Source of the DNA: Lama guanicoe | Taxonomy: Eukaryota | Direction of reading: 5' to 3' | DNA: 64,000 bases | Assembly (NCBI GenBank): GCA_013239625.1 | Contig: MU056262.1 | Location: forward strand, 7,354,134 to 7,418,133 | Shown: positions 1-13,658 of the stretch, in pieces | Position numbering within the stretch: position 1 is the stretch's first letter | Layout: the number at the start of each line of letters is the position of its first letter | Notes under the pieces: generated by a model | The model's input: the letters and a program-made list of their open reading frames with translations, nothing else | Database searches by the model: none | What the model was told of the DNA's origin: nothing | Translations under genes and position numbers: made by a program

Positions 1-450
1 CATTAGACAAGTAAATATATAAATAACTGATTTTAAGTTATGGTCAGTCCTACGGAGGGACAAACTAGGTACTTCAGTACGGATGTGGATAAGAGCTAGA
101 CTGGTCATGGAAAGCCTTTTATGAAGGTAACATTTTTCAACTAGGACCCGAGAGATGAGAAGTAGCCCATAGTAGGAAGAGCAGAGGAAATGGGACTTCA
201 ATGAGAAAGAACAGGCTGTGAGGAGGGCCTGAGGGCAGAAGAAGCTTGTCATGTTTGAACCTATTAGAGGAACTGAGTAGACAAGAGGGGCAAGAAGCAT
301 GAGATAAGTATGGAGCCATAAGCAGGGGTCAGATCATACAGGATCTTACCAAACATGTTAAGGAGGTTATTTAAAGTAAAGTAGGAGGTTATTAATAGGC
401 CTAAAGCAGAGAGGTGACACAATCTGTCTTAAGTGTTCAAAAGATCACAG
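1..450 (-). mobile_element. L2 LINE 3' region fragment
   Basis: Matches the reverse L2 3' consensus (…ggaaagccttttatgaaggtaacattt…gggtcagatcatacaggatctt…gtgacacaatctg…aaaagatcac). Confidence 0.8.
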
Positions 451-1309
451 TACTATGAGCCTCTTTTACCTCTGAACCCCCAACGTTCACAATGAATGCA
501 TTTAATAAATATTTGATGAATAAATGAATCTGTCCCCTTATTTGACCATTGCTTTTCCCCATCTGTAACAGGACCTTTGAAACTTCCATCCTGACACTCT
601 TTCATTCATGAAGGATGGTGTCCCACTCTTTATATGTCCCCACTGTTAAGAAAGTTATCAGAGAGGTATTTCAAACTCTCAGAACATCCGTCCTCACTGG
701 AAGGAACTTTGGTCCACAAGAAGAGCTGAAATATAGTTTAGCAAACTTTACCAAGTGTGGCTTTTAAATTAAATAGGAGCACTGGTTTTCCACTGGGAAT
801 CTGGGCCAGGCTTCTGGAAAGCAAGATCTAATCAACACCACAGGCCAGACCCCCAGAGAGGGGCACACGAGAGAGTGTCTCAGAGACATGGGGGGACAGG
901 TTACCTTCATCCTAGAGGAGCAAGTGATGGAGGAAAGAATTGTGTCCTCCACACTCCCCTCCCCTTTGCTCAAAAAAGCTCTCTATTTTTTGTTTTCAGC
1001 TCCCCAATGTCAGAATTCTTAGCCCCTACCCTAGGCCCCAAGGTCTTGTGTCCCACCCCACTCGCCCTACTCTTCCTCTGTGCCAGGGGGAAGGGTCTTA
1101 CCCTCCCCTGAGCATCCACTGCCCTGCAGTCTAGACCTTTCTCACGCCCTGGCTGTTGTCCACCACATGCTAAGGTCAGTTACATCCCACCACGGAGATC
1201 GGCTCCTTTTCGAAGCAGGAATGCCAGCTCTCCCACTCTGAATGCCCTGCAAGGTCAAGCCCCGTTACCGGAGGAAGGAGAGAAAGGAGGCAGGGAGCAG
1301 GTCTACTAA

Positions 1310-1475
1310 CTAGCATGTCATTTCACTTTTACAACACTGTACGATGACTGTTATCCACAATTTTCAGATGAGAAAACTGAGGTTCACAGAGGTTAAGCCA
1401 AAACCCGAACCCGCTAGGTATTAAATGACAAAGTCTGAATTTAAGTCCATGCCCACCTAACTCCAATGCTGATGT
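1310..1475 (-). mobile_element. MIR SINE
   Basis: MIR core in reverse orientation: ttttcagatgagaaaactgaggttcacagaggttaag. Confidence 0.8.
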
Positions 1476-1846
1476 CTCCTTGGCCCCCAGGCAAGACCGC
1501 CCGAACAAAGCTTTCTAGCTCTTGAGCTTTTTAAGAATAGCTGCCTCCCTTTCCCATCTGCAACATACTCTTCTCTGCACTTACTGCAAAGATCACTTGT
1601 ACCGCATCTCACACCTCTCCCCCAGCCCTTCCCTGGAATCTGGCGTGTAACAGGAGTGCACTAGCTAAGCCTCCTGCAAACCTACAGGAATGCCTGAGCT
1701 GTTCCGATTCCAAGGGACCAGATTGAACCAGCGGCACCAGCGTGTACTACATCTGCCACAAGTGCGCGGAGACATTTTAGTCTTCACTCGTCTGCCTCTG
1801 TCATCTGGAATGTTTCTCGGAGAAAGCAAACACCATAGTCACCAGC

Positions 1847-1870
1847 AAAAAAAAAAAAAAAAAAAAAAAA
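1847..1870 (+). repeat. poly(A) run, A24
   Basis: Directly visible homopolymer. Confidence 0.95.
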
Positions 1871-4199
1871 GTTATTTTACCCTTCTCTGCAGGTCAGAAG
1901 TGGTTAACTATAGCAAAAAGTTTCCTTTACAAAGACTGGGAAACTTCTCATGATCAAGCCCCTGGTCTCTCCCCTATACTGTTCCAGTCCACCCACAGGT
2001 GGGCTCTGACCACACACAGGGCTGACAATGCCCCATTCCAGGACCTTGGCAGGAAACCAAGTCCCCACCCCCGGTGGCACTGTTTGCTCTGCCAAGAATC
2101 TACTCCCGTCTATGTTTCCTTGTGAACTTCTCAGCCTCTAGAATGGATCTCATCAACAGACCTCTCTTGCACTTACTTTCTCTGAATCCCTGTGACTTTG
2201 TTTGCAGAATGAATTACTTTCAAACGTGAGGAGAACACAGCATCTTGCCCGAGCCTCAAGCCATCAGTCAACAAATATGTGTGCATCACCTGCCACGCAC
2301 TGGGTCAGGCGTGGGGATACAGCAGAGGACCAAAGAAACGAAACCCCCTCCTTCGTGGGACTTGCGTTCTTGTGCATGGACTGCCTGCCTCACGTGAGGC
2401 TCCTTCAGTGCACTGTTTGTGTCTCCAGCAAAGGACACTCAATTCCCATCTTTGTTTCTCCAGGACGGAGCACAGCACCCAGCACGTGGTGGACATTCAA
2501 TCATTGTCTTTATATTCAATGAGGGAAGACGCATGTCATGACTAACACTCATCAAGAAGCCAGGACGCCTGGCTCTGCCACAATGAACCTGTATGATCTC
2601 AGACCAAAACCAGTTCCCTTTCTCAGAAATAATCTCCTTGCTGAAATGGAGAACCAGGGAGGAGATGCTCTCAGGGGTTACTTAGGGTGATATGCTTCAA
2701 ATGAATGAGTCAATCCACAGTGTATTTTCCACAGGAGAGAAAAATAATAATCATAAAAAAGGTCTCGGCAGATCCTAACTGGACTTGGAGTCAGAAGTAC
2801 CAGGAAGTCCCAAAGGCTCAGCCAGCTCCTTCCGATCCTAAGCGCGGGGCCTGCTGGCTACCTGACAGCCCATCTGCAAGTCAGTTCTGCTGCCCTTGCT
2901 CTGCAGCAAAGCTGCTTCCCAACACACTACAGCTTGGAGGTGCCTGATGGGGTTTCCTGCCGCCCTGTGTGGCTGCGGCATCTTTATGCAGAGACTGAGG
3001 GTGTATGAGACATGCATGCCTTGGTCGTGAAGGTTTGACCCTTTCTATGGTAGTAACGTGATAGAGACCTTGACTCCCTGACACAAAATAGTTCTACCCA
3101 TGGTGTGAAGGAGAATTTGAAACCTCACCAATCCATCCTCCAGATGCATACAGTTTCCTTCATGAAATAGGGGAGACAAAGGGATTTTGGTGGATATTGT
3201 GAACAGGATGGGAAAACCCCTTACGTTCTTTTTTCATCACCCAGAAATGTCAGTCACTTACGACCTAAAGATGCTTAATGACCAGAGGAATAGAATGGTT
3301 CCATCACTATGCCTTAGACCTTTGAATGGAAAAACCTTTCAAGGTTGAAAAGAGGAAGAGCGCCCACGTAGGGAGGAGTGACCGGGCCACCCCTAACATG
3401 CACCCCCCCTGAAGAGGTTTCTCACCCTCACCAACGCCTCCTGCCAAGTTAACACTGACCTCAGGGGGCGCTGTTTCCCCTGTGAACTTGCTAGCCAAAT
3501 ATGGACACAGGCGCCTCCCCTTAATTAGCTCACAACTGAAATAGAGCTGGAAACTCCAACTCACACTGATTAATGACCTAGGAAAATCAAAAAGGGAAGG
3601 CTCATGTAGAAGTTGAAAATTAGACCACCTGACTTAAGAGATTGGACTTGATCTCTGGACTATGTGGCATCTCCATCCTAGCACTGGGTTGGCCTCCGTG
3701 ACGTGCCTTTGAAATCACACCACCCAGGAGCCCACAGCCTGATGCCTGCCCTCTGGGAAGCCCAGGCACAAGAGAATGCATCTCAGAAAAAAGGCAAGAA
3801 AGAGTTCCCTTGTGCGGTGAAGGCTTGCTTCACAAGATCCAGTTTTCTAAGGATCAGTGTGTCCTGATGGGGCCCGTCTCCTCTTGGAGGGACCTCAGTC
3901 CTACTTTATGGCCTCAACACGTTGATCAGGTGAAAATTTAGCCCCCTAAGACCAACATCCTCCTTCCTGACAGGGGATCGATCCGTGAGGTTTCAGACGA
4001 GCCGTGGCTTGCAGCTTGTACTTCCGACTGCTTATCGGACATTTCCTCCAGCTCCTCAGACTCATGATGGCCGTCCTCCTGGGCCCCGCTGCTGCTCCTC
4101 TAGCAGTCAGTCCCCACTTCATAGCAGCCCCGGACCCCGGGTAGGCCAGTGTAAGCTCTCTGCATCCTCTCCCTCAGTCTTCCCAAGCCCCCTCTCTCG

Positions 4200-4780
4200 C
4201 CAAGCCCTGGTGACATTATCCTTACAAGTCCCAGCTGTCCTTACTCTCCACCTCCACAGCTTTGTCCTCCGTCAGACCACTGTCACCTCTTTCCTGAACT
4301 GCTAGAACATCTCCAGCAGGTCCTCTTTGCTCTGGATCCCTCCTTGTCAAGCACCTGGCTCTTTTGACGCAGCTCCTTGAAAATCAGCTCTAGTCTTATT
4401 GCTTCTCTGCTTCAAAACCTCCAGAACCTTTCTACTGCCATAAAATCAAGGAGGCTAAGTGTAAAGCAAAGAAAGGCTTTCGGAAAAATGCATCTGGGAA
4501 ACTATATTAATACCTTGAAAAAAATGTGTTTAACTGCAGGACTTCTCAGTGCCTTTGATAAGATATTGGTAAGTAACACTGACGTGTATTGAAGTTTCCA
4601 TGGGTGTAATACATTGGGCAACATTCCAAAACCTGTTTGATCAAAAACCTATTTTAGCAGCATTCTGTGGTACTTATGTCACTTGGAAACTGCATTAAAA
4701 ATTTCCAGTGTGTAATATGAAACCCAAAGTCTATATCCTGGCATTTAATGTACTGTATAATTTAACACCACTTCTTTAGT
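4200..4780 (+). mobile_element. L2 fragment interrupted by a MER112-like hAT-Charlie DNA transposon (~4470-4712)
   Basis: L2 motif (cttcaaaacctccag…ataaaat / aaacccaaagtc…tggcatttaa) flanks a segment with tttaactgcaggacttctcagtgcctttga…caacattccaaaacctgtttgatca, typical of MER112-type elements. Confidence 0.6.
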
Positions 4781-5009
4781 TTCACCCATGAACTGGGTTT
4801 TTAATTACAAAATGCATGATTTTTTTATGAAGTTAAATAAGATTGTTTAAAATTTATTTTTCTTCAAACCAGAGCCTTAAGATAATAAAACTACACTATC
4901 TGTGTCACCCTGGATTCCCTTTTGCCGTGCTTACAGACACAAACACACACATACAGGCTTCCTTATTCTTTATCTTCTTCCATGTTTTCTTTTCACTACA
5001 ACTACGTGT

Positions 5010-5265
5010 CGGTGTTACGTACATTATTCTGCAGCTTCTGTTTATGTCACTGACAGTGTTTTCCTGGACATCTTTCCAGATTAATACACACTGACCTTTC
5101 TCACTCACTGAAGCAGCTTTGTTATCTACTACCGGGCAAATACCAGTTTATTCAATCGCTCCCCTACTGATGGATTGATAGCATTCCAGTTGTTTCCAGG
5201 GTTTCTATTTTTATTTTTTGTTTATTTAACACATGCAGTGCTGTAATAAACATTTATAATGAAAT
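5010..5265 (-). mobile_element. Ancient L1 (L1ME-type) 3' fragment
   Basis: tttattcaatcgctcccctactgatgga…gttgtttccag…gctgtaataaacatt is the L1M 3' signature in antisense. Confidence 0.7.
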
Positions 5266-5959
5266 CTATTTTATTTTATTTGAACGATAGTGTCCCAAAA
5301 GTTAACCAAACTCATTTTATCACCAGAAACTCCTATTATCGACTTTTAGTAGCTCCTGGGTGAGACGAAAACCTACTGCAGTGGTCAAGGGTAGACGCCC
5401 AACCCCTGGCTGGTGCTCCTTATTCTAAACACAAGATAAACCGACCTTCTGCCCTTTAAAGTCAAGTCTTGGGATGCCCCTCTGAACGTGGGAGGCAGCC
5501 GCTAGGCCTCCTGGTCCACCACAGACACTCAGCCCCAGCCGCCTCCTTCCTGCCCCTACTCATGCCCCGCGATGATCCCTCCTGAGCTGGGGCTCAGGGC
5601 CCTCATTTAGAGAGCTTGCAGAAAGACCCGAACCACGTGACACCAGCGGGGAGTGATGCACAGAAAGAGCACGCGACTCCGAGACAGCCGTGACCATGGA
5701 GTCCACGAGAAGGACTCAGATGGGAGCTGAGCTGATAGGGCACGGGGCTCCTCCTGCTCTCCTCCGTCCTCTGGCGTGACCGCACACTGCACAAGTGGAC
5801 CCTGCCCGGAAACTGGCTTCCAGTGGACCTCGTTCATGGAGAGAGTCAATTCGGGGAGACACCAGCCTCCCTTCCTCTCTTCCTCACTGTCTCTCCCCTT
5901 TGAAACCCATCCTGCTGCGCAAGCTGCAAGTGGCCCAACAAGTTACTCACATGTGTTGT

Positions 5960-6140
5960 TCTTCTGGCCTCAGTTTCCTCATCCATAAGATGAGAATAAC
6001 AGTAACAACTCATAAGGATTGAAGATTTAATAAGTATAATTTACTTTCCTTCAAATCAGTGCTCAGATGTGCATATATATATATGTATATACACATACAC
6101 ATACATATAAAGTGCTTAAAACAGTGGCCTATAGTCAATT
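5960..6140 (+). mobile_element. MIR SINE with embedded (TA)n/(CA)n microsatellite (~6070-6110)
   Basis: ggcctcagtttcctcatccataagatgagaataacagta…aaagtgcttaaaacagtgg. Confidence 0.8.
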
Positions 6141-6299
6141 CCTAGGAAGCCTTAGCTCTACTACTGGCCACGTGCTCATCATCAGGCCACGTCTCCCTGG
6201 AAAGCCCCAGCCCAAGACACCATGGACCACTCGTGGTTCCCTATACGTGGCATGACGCCCAACCCCTGCACTTTGCCCACGGCCCTCCTGACTGACTGA

Positions 6300-6600
6300 C
6301 CTTCCCCCCGTCCAATGCCTGCTTGCCCAAGTCCTCGTCCTCCTCCCAATCTCAGTTCAAATGGCACCCTCCTTACAAAGCCTTCCAGGATTCTCGCCTC
6401 TCCTCCAATCCCCAGAGCTTCCTCTCTCCCACCCTGTTTTGCAGCAGCTCTCCTTCGTCTAATCACTGTCTGCCTCACATCACAGCCATGCATGCCCTTG
6501 ACTTTCTCTCATCTGGACGGCCAGTTCCTTGACAGCGTGGCTGAAATCCTTCCATTCCCTTCCCGCTCTGCCACAGTGGATGACACACAGTGATACCACG
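6300..6600 (+). mobile_element. L2 3' fragment
   Basis: tctcagttcaaatggcaccctcc…aagccttcc…ttccttgacagc…gccacagtgg…acacagt follows the L2 3' order. Confidence 0.65.
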
Positions 6601-6905
6601 TGCAGACTGACCAAGTGAACACTGTCACCTTAAAAACCCTTTGCAGTGACAAACCCTGCCCATCTTTAAGTTCCACTCCATTGTGGCATAAAAATTGAGG
6701 CTTCCTCTCAATGGGTAGAGGGATGGGCAGACCCACTGCAGCACCTGGGGGAAGGCAGGCTGGCTACGGCAGTACGTGAAATCTGGGGCTCTGGCTGGGT
6801 GACAATATGGACACAGGGATCGATCGTGCTGGCTCAGAGGGCACCTGAAACTAGAGCCCTCTTCTGGGCACGTGTCCACACACCTCACCAATTCCTCATC
6901 ACCTG

Positions 6906-7077
6906 NNNNNNNNNNNNNNNNNNNNNNNNNNNNNNNNNNNNNNNNNNNNNNNNNNNNNNNNNNNNNNNNNNNNNNNNNNNNNNNNNNNNNNNNNNNNNNN
7001 NNNNNNNNNNNNNNNNNNNNNNNNNNNNNNNNNNNNNNNNNNNNNNNNNNNNNNNNNNNNNNNNNNNNNNNNNNNNN
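6906..7077. other. Assembly gap / masked run (172 N)
   Basis: Run of N. Confidence 0.99.
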
Positions 7078-7489
7078 ACCAGGAAAGGGCCAACAGACAG
7101 TCCCTTCTTCCCGGAAACTAACTCTACGGTCGACATCCCTTCCCAGTCAAGAGGTCTTAGGTGTTTAACACGTAAGTGTTGAGCACGGCTCCTTGGATTT
7201 TATTTTTCAATTCAAATAGAACCTAGGTGTCCCAGGTCAGGCCAGCCTATAGGACAGTAAGTCCATAGAGACCCCTTTAAAAAAGGATTTCTGCTGGTTG
7301 TGCACCAAGTTAAAATTGCACAAGTCCCAGCATCCTGCCCTTCCCCTCCCAGGTAGTCCTGGAAGGAGCCGAGGGGTCAGTCATGTGCTCCTGAAAAGAG
7401 TCCTCCTGGCTCCCCTGGGGTATGCACTGTGCTCCTTCTCATATGTTCCATCAGCCAAGGTGACTGTGTCCAGGAGGGGAGAGGTTGAG

Positions 7490-7680
7490 GATGGAGGCAC
7501 ATACACGTGTCCACGTCATCTGCATTATCCCGCAGAATTCCCGCTACAACCACATCATGCCAGGATTATGGTCCCCATTGTAAAAATGAACAAAGCAAAG
7601 AGAGGTCCAGTGAGGACAGTCACTTATCCAAGGTCAAGTAGCTAGTCCAAAGTCAAGTTGAATCTTCCTGATTAAAGGTA
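7490..7680 (-). mobile_element. MIR SINE
   Basis: ccccattgtaaaaatgaacaaa…cacttatccaaggtcaagtagctagt. Confidence 0.7.
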
Positions 7681-8159
7681 ATTTTTAGTCCATCACACAA
7701 AACACTTTCCTTGCTGCCTCCAAAGCCCCCACTCTGGTGCACAGGGGCCTCACTGAAACACGAAAAGCCGCACCCTCCACCCAAAAAGTGCGCCGTGCTT
7801 GTTCTCAAGGTATCCGTTCCATTCCGGGATCTTTCAAAGGACTTTACCACTTGCCAGAAACACCCAGCTAGGAGTTTTGGAAACAAAGCTATGCTGCTAA
7901 TCGGCTTCAGTATTTGTGTGGAGCACCTGCCCATTTGGCCCGGATCGTTCTCGCTCTGAGCCCTGCTGCTATGCCAGTGTTCCCACACCCCTGCACACCT
8001 CAGCTCTTAGACGTGGCTCCCAGTTCTCAACTCAGACCCTTTGGTCTGATGCGCTATTAGGAAAAGCTTCATCCTCCAGATGGCAAATGTTCTTGCTCAA
8101 GTAGAATTCTGACATGGGACCCTCACACCGTAGCTAGGGGACACTGCTTCCTTCTTCGT

Positions 8160-8320
8160 AAGCACACTAGTGAGCCTCTGTCAGCATCAGCTTCCTCACC
8201 TGTCACAGGGACAGTAATCGCCCCTCTTTCCTTGGGAGATAATATGTTGGTCCTGTTCTATGCACATCAAGCGCTTAGAGTAGGAACTAGCGCAGAGTGG
8301 AAGCTCAGCACATCTTAGCC
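8160..8320 (+). mobile_element. MIR SINE
   Basis: tcagcttcctcacctgtcacaggg…aagcgcttagagtagg…aagctcagcacatcttag. Confidence 0.7.
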
Positions 8321-10129
8321 CCATTCACTTCCTCATCGGCCGCTCTGCCTGCCCCCAAACCACCAGTGTTGGCAGGACCTGCACGCCCCACCTCTTGCTA
8401 GGCGGAAGACAGAGGTGTTGGTTGGGGAGGTGGGGGCTCACAGAGCAGAGGAGCCCTGGGCTCTTCATGCATTTCTCAGAAGCTGTGATTTCCTTCTCAC
8501 CTGGACCAAAGAAACAACCCAGCATCGGCTGGGTAACTCACTGCTGCTCTCCCAAATGCCCGACCTTCTGAAGCCAACCCATCCATCCTGGAAGAGACTC
8601 CGGTGCCCAACGCTGTTCCACTGGGGTTCCAGTCTTCCCAGGGAACGCCTACTCCTCATGCAAAGGCTGTCAAGGCGACCCGTCCCTCTGGCTCTCCAGA
8701 CACTGCAGTCCCCTGGGAAAACTTCTTTATTCTCAAATAAAAGAGAGACAGAATCAGGGCCACTGCTCACTGACTGGGTCTTCCTCCCTTCCTGCTTCCT
8801 CTGCTACACTTAGTCACTACCACTGGCTAGCATCCATTTTTACCTCCACAATCATTAACTGCATATTTGAATAGATATTTAACTCTACCCAGGAGACTCC
8901 AAATCCTGAGTTCTTTCAGGAGCATAAACTTAATTTTTAAAGCACAAATTTAATAATAAAGAATAGCATTACAAGGATTACAAATAAATCCAATGAAGAT
9001 CCCAGAATTACAGCTGAAGTATTTGCACAGTGCAATGGCAGCACAGGGGAGGGTGAGCTCTGTTCTTTCTGTAAGAAGAAACTGTCACCATACTCTACTC
9101 TTGGAAAAATGCCTTCCTCCTACAAATTGTGGCCCAAAATTCACCTCCTTAGGGAAGTCATTCCAGTCAACAACTGGAAGTTTCAGAAAAGTACAGCAGA
9201 TTCCAAGGACTGAGAACAGTCACTGGGTTCCAGTGACTGGTTTGGGAATACAGTTTGATAAGGGAAGTAACTAGACTGGGAATCTGGTGAGCCATGCAAA
9301 TATAGATGTTTCCCAGAAGTTTTCTTGAGCATGAGGAAGAGGAGGAATCTAGGAAACTTCAACCTTTTGGCTGAAAATTCTCAACATTTGGGGGGTTCTA
9401 TCCCAATCAGTGGTCTTGGAAATTTCCAAGCAGACGGCGCTATGACGCACCCCTGCTCCCACGTGGGCGTCTTCACTTTGTATGTGGAGAGGGTGGGGGT
9501 GGTGAGTAGGGTTCTTCCTGGGTACAGCTCTGAAAACCCTTGCCATTTACAATCTATGAAGTCAATTATCACGTTCAACCAATGACTACATATGAGAATA
9601 ATCAGCAACCATCTCACCCAAGGGGCTGCTTTTCCTCAGAGAGCAACAAGGGGCTTCTTAATTTTCCTAAATGTTTTGCTATTAGTGCTTCGTTTCATGC
9701 CAGGAGGCATCAAGAGCAACCCCCTTCCCCTCCTCACCTGCACTGGCCCCAGGACTGCACAGGCACGAGAATTCAGAGGCAGAGACGGGGGAAGGCACTG
9801 ATGCAACTTTCCTAGCTGGATTTACGAAGATACGATTATGTTCATTCACTGTTCTCTCTACCGAATGTAAAAGGGAGAGAGTCAAGACTCACATCAGAGC
9901 TCCAGCTTCTCACACGACGTATCTAAAGGATATTACCTCTTATGAGCAAGCCCAGTTCTGCAGGACGAGCTCTGCTTATGAATTAATGATGACTCCTGCC
10001 ACCAAGAAGGCAGTGACTCCAAGATTTGCATATGCAACCAAAATCTGTGTCCTGAGAATCAGTTATCACTGAACATGCCAGTGCACTAAGGCCCAAGTTC
10101 ATCGTCTCTCCCCTCCCGCTGTTTCTTCA

Positions 10130-10560
10130 CTGTGGGTTCCCACATTGCTGAAAGGCCACCCACGCTTTCACTTCAGAAACCTGTGTGCCATCTCGCAGTT
10201 CTCCTCTGCTTCATCCCCAAGTTCCACTGGGTCTATCTTTTTAAGCTCAGTAACATCCACCATCTTTTCTCCACCCCGAACCTATGATGTGGCCCAGCCC
10301 CTTGGCACTTCACACATGAGTTCCTTGACTTTCTTCATGTTCCCACCACAAGCTCGACCTGTCTCCTAAACTTTCTCAACTGCCAGAGTCATCTTTCTCC
10401 AGTGCACATCTCATTAAGTCACTAAATTCTTTATATCACTCATTTGGATGTGAAGGATGCTCATTTTCCTTCAGAATCAATCTCATACTCCTTGCAGAGC
10501 CTCCATAATCTGTACCTGGCCCTACCGTCTGCTGCCGCCCTAAATGCACTCTGTGATCTG
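10130..10560 (+). mobile_element. L2 fragment
   Basis: agaaacctgtgtgccatc…gccagagtcatctttctccagtgcacatctcattaagtcact…ctccataatctg. Confidence 0.65.
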
Positions 10561-10639
10561 TGGACACATTTACATCCTTTTGTCATCAACATTCTTTTAT
10601 GACTGTGACTATGTCCCTGTGGCAAGTGGCATAGAAAGC

Positions 10640-11700
10640 GATTTGGGTTTAGCTCTCAATCTGAGAATCATTGTGTTTTAACAAGTGACATTAACTCATT
10701 CATAATATCGGACGTAAGTGTCCAAGTGTGCTAGTGATTACAGTGCTCTGAATGAGTTAATTCCCTCTCTAGCTGCTGCTCTTTCTGTTTATCTCCGTAT
10801 TCTGTTTCTTCTCTGACTTCTCTTGAATGGACCGAGGTTCTTCTGCTCTGCTTCCCCTGACCTGAATATTCAGTGGCTTGGGGATTGTACTCTAGCTCTA
10901 TTTTTATAATAGTTACTTTATGCGTTTGATAAACATACTTGAACATGGATTATTCAGAACAGCATTAGAGATTATCAGCACCTGAATTCTCTATATAACA
11001 AGACAAGGATCTCAGCATGCTTTAAATTCCACCTGCCCCCTAATACTGCCCAAGCACACTGCATTTGGAGTCAGCTGAAGTATTTTAGTTGGAAAATTGA
11101 TTTTTAAACATCAAAATAGGGTTTTCCTGGTTTATTTATTCACAATTGTTTATTTTATCCTGCTTCTTTCTTGGATTCATTTTTTCCCTTGTAATTTTTT
11201 TCAAGGGATCTGCATGTGGCAAATTTTCCAAATCTTTGCATATCAGAAAATCTATGGATTTTACCCTTAAGCTTGAATTAAATATTATTGGATATAGGAA
11301 TGCAGATTCAAAGTTAATTGTCTCCCTGAAATCTGGAAGCACTGCTCCATCATCTGTTGCATCCATTGCTGCTGCTGAGAAGTCTGCTGTCAACCTGATT
11401 CACATCCCTTTGGAGGTAATCAGTCCACCCAGGGCCCTGTATTTCACTCTAGAAGCTTTTGGAATTTCCCTTAATGACCAAAAACTTCACCACATAGTGT
11501 CTTGTATGGATTCAATTTTTCATTTATTTATTCTGCTTGACATCTAAGACTTACCTTTCTGTCTAAGGACTTAATTGGATTCTTAAATCCTATAAAATTG
11601 CCTTCTATGATGTGTTTGAAATGCTGCTGGGTTTGTTCTGCTATTCAACTCACATGCTGCTGTTTCCTCTTTCAACAATCTGGTTTTTAATATCTTGCAT
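10640..11700 (-). mobile_element. Ancient L1 ORF1-bearing fragment (HAL1-like)
   Basis: Minus ORF 11136-11393 (TADFSAAAMDA…NFESAFLYP…) resembles the L1 ORF1p C-terminal region (IRLTADFS…NFEPRILYP); no ORF2-like sequence follows it. Confidence 0.65.
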
Positions 11701-11970
11701 CTCTGTTCTGTCTGGGATTAGTAAGAGCTACCAAATCGAGTTCAAAAAAGCGTTCTTACTAAGTGGAAAATCATGCTGAAATGAGTTATCTAGATTAAAT
11801 AGGCTTGAAACACATACGCCCAATTTAATAAGCCTGGTTTTCGCCACGATAGTTTATGAACGTCCTGAGCAATTCAGGATTTTAAATCCTCCAATGGAGC
11901 AAGAGAAGGCAAGGAAACCACAGCTCAGGATGAATGTCTGGCCACACTCCTCTGGGGTTGTCTTTCAAAG

Positions 11971-12151
11971 ACCAGTCACACCCTTGAAATCAAAGCACCC
12001 CTGGCGGTAGATGTACGAACCTCTGAGACAAGTGAACGACTTCAACACACCATAACAAAACAAACCGGACAGCGTCCCCACAGTGACTTTAGTGCCTCCA
12101 CGCTGCACACACTGAAGGAGGACCGGCACTTCCCGGGGCCACGGCATGCAC
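11971..12151 (+). other. Exon-like segment (unverified)
   Basis: ttgtctttcaaag acceptor, 60 uninterrupted codons (TSHTLEIKAPLAVDVRTSETSERLQ…), c|gtgagc donor; no family recognised. Confidence 0.12.
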
Positions 12152-13079
12152 GTGAGCCATCTTCACTTGCTGGCAGTCCATGACCTTGGGTTACCTACAT
12201 GCTTAACTCAACTGTTCTACTGCCCTAGGATTTGCATTTAATACCTAGTTTCATACTAAAAACATGTAGCTGCTGAATGACTTTAAACTCCTTGAAAAAG
12301 CAATGAGCTCCAAATAACAAAAGCAATGTGTTAGAAGATGTTATTATTAACTCCCTTGACATCCTTCAGAGTGTCAAAATCACCTTCCCAAGGAGCCTAA
12401 TGTGGGGACGAATTCCCTGGGTCTTGACATTCAGTTTCAGGGTTTTAATTTACTCCAGATTCACACATCATGTGTCCCATGAAAGACAATGGTCATCTGC
12501 AAGACCTCATCACACCCTCCCCCCAAACTGTGTGAAACTCTGGGGACTCCAAGGGAAAGGTGGAGAGATTTTGTCAGATCATTAGCACCCCATCTTCAGA
12601 AGTTCTCTGCAAGGCAGAAGTGGCAGTATTTGCCTGAGTCTGTGACCAGGTCCCTCAGCTATCAAAGACATGCATCTGGAGAATTTAGTCCATGTTAAAA
12701 GAAAAATCTATGTGTTACAGTTCTGGTCTTCATAACACTTTCTGGTCAGGGCATTATCCTTCCCATGATTAAACAGGAAAAGGTATAAACAGAGCCCAAA
12801 GTTGGTTTCTAACATGAAAGAAAGGGAAAAGAACTGATATTAATTTAGGAAATCTGATGTTTTACCAGTTGGTTTCACTCTCAACACACACATACACAAA
12901 CTACAGACAGAGACAAGGAGAGAGTCACAGATATGGATGCTCATTTTCCCCTCAATATAATTCTTTGACGTAGATGGGTTATCTCATTACTGGATGTGCA
13001 AACTGAGACACGAAGCAGTTAAACTCTAAACTCTCTCAGCTAAGTGACAGTGTATTCTCAGTGGTTACTCTTCCCATTT

Positions 13080-13480
13080 GCTGGTCAGGAACTATATCTG
13101 TTTCATTCATCCCAGGATCCGCCTGCCTAGCAGAGAATCTGGAACACAGCAGGTGGTCAGTGAAATTTGAGCCCCGTCTGTAAAGCCTGTCATCCTTCAT
13201 TGTAACTTGTATGGTTGTCATATCAGCACCAGCTCTTCATTTACTCAATGACGTTTCACTGACCACCCACTAAGTGTCCAATAGTCAAAAATAGTGCCAT
13301 AAAAACTTTCTGACCATCCAATGAGATAAGTTAAAAAAACTAAGAATACATTATTACTTAGTTGAATGCTAAAGGAAAGTGGAAAATGCAAAGGAGACAA
13401 AATTCAGAAGTGGGAGAGGAGTAGGGGCGGGGCGATATTCCACCTCACATTAGCTGTCAGGATCAGGGAAACCCTCTCTC
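13080..13480. mobile_element. Two L2 3'-end fragments in opposite orientation
   Basis: + tail (aggaactatatctgtttcattc…tctggaacacagcaggtggtcagtgaaattt) followed by - tail (ttcatttactcaatgac…cactaagtgtcc…tcagggaaaccctctct). Confidence 0.55.
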
Positions 13481-13658
13481 TCAGGGGGCCGTCATGACAT
13501 GTCAGACCCACCCACCTCAAACCTTATGGTCAAGATTTTGTTGCCTTTTAGTTGAACTGTAATCATTGCTTGCTGGGAAAAAAAAAAAGAAAGAAAGAAA
13601 AAAAATGTTTTGTTGCCTTTGGAATAGGCACACATCAGATATTGCACTTCCCAGAATC

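Noticed and set aside
6799-7182. ORFs spanning N runs (also near 45.3-45.7 kb)
   Set aside because: Artefacts of stop-free N stretches.
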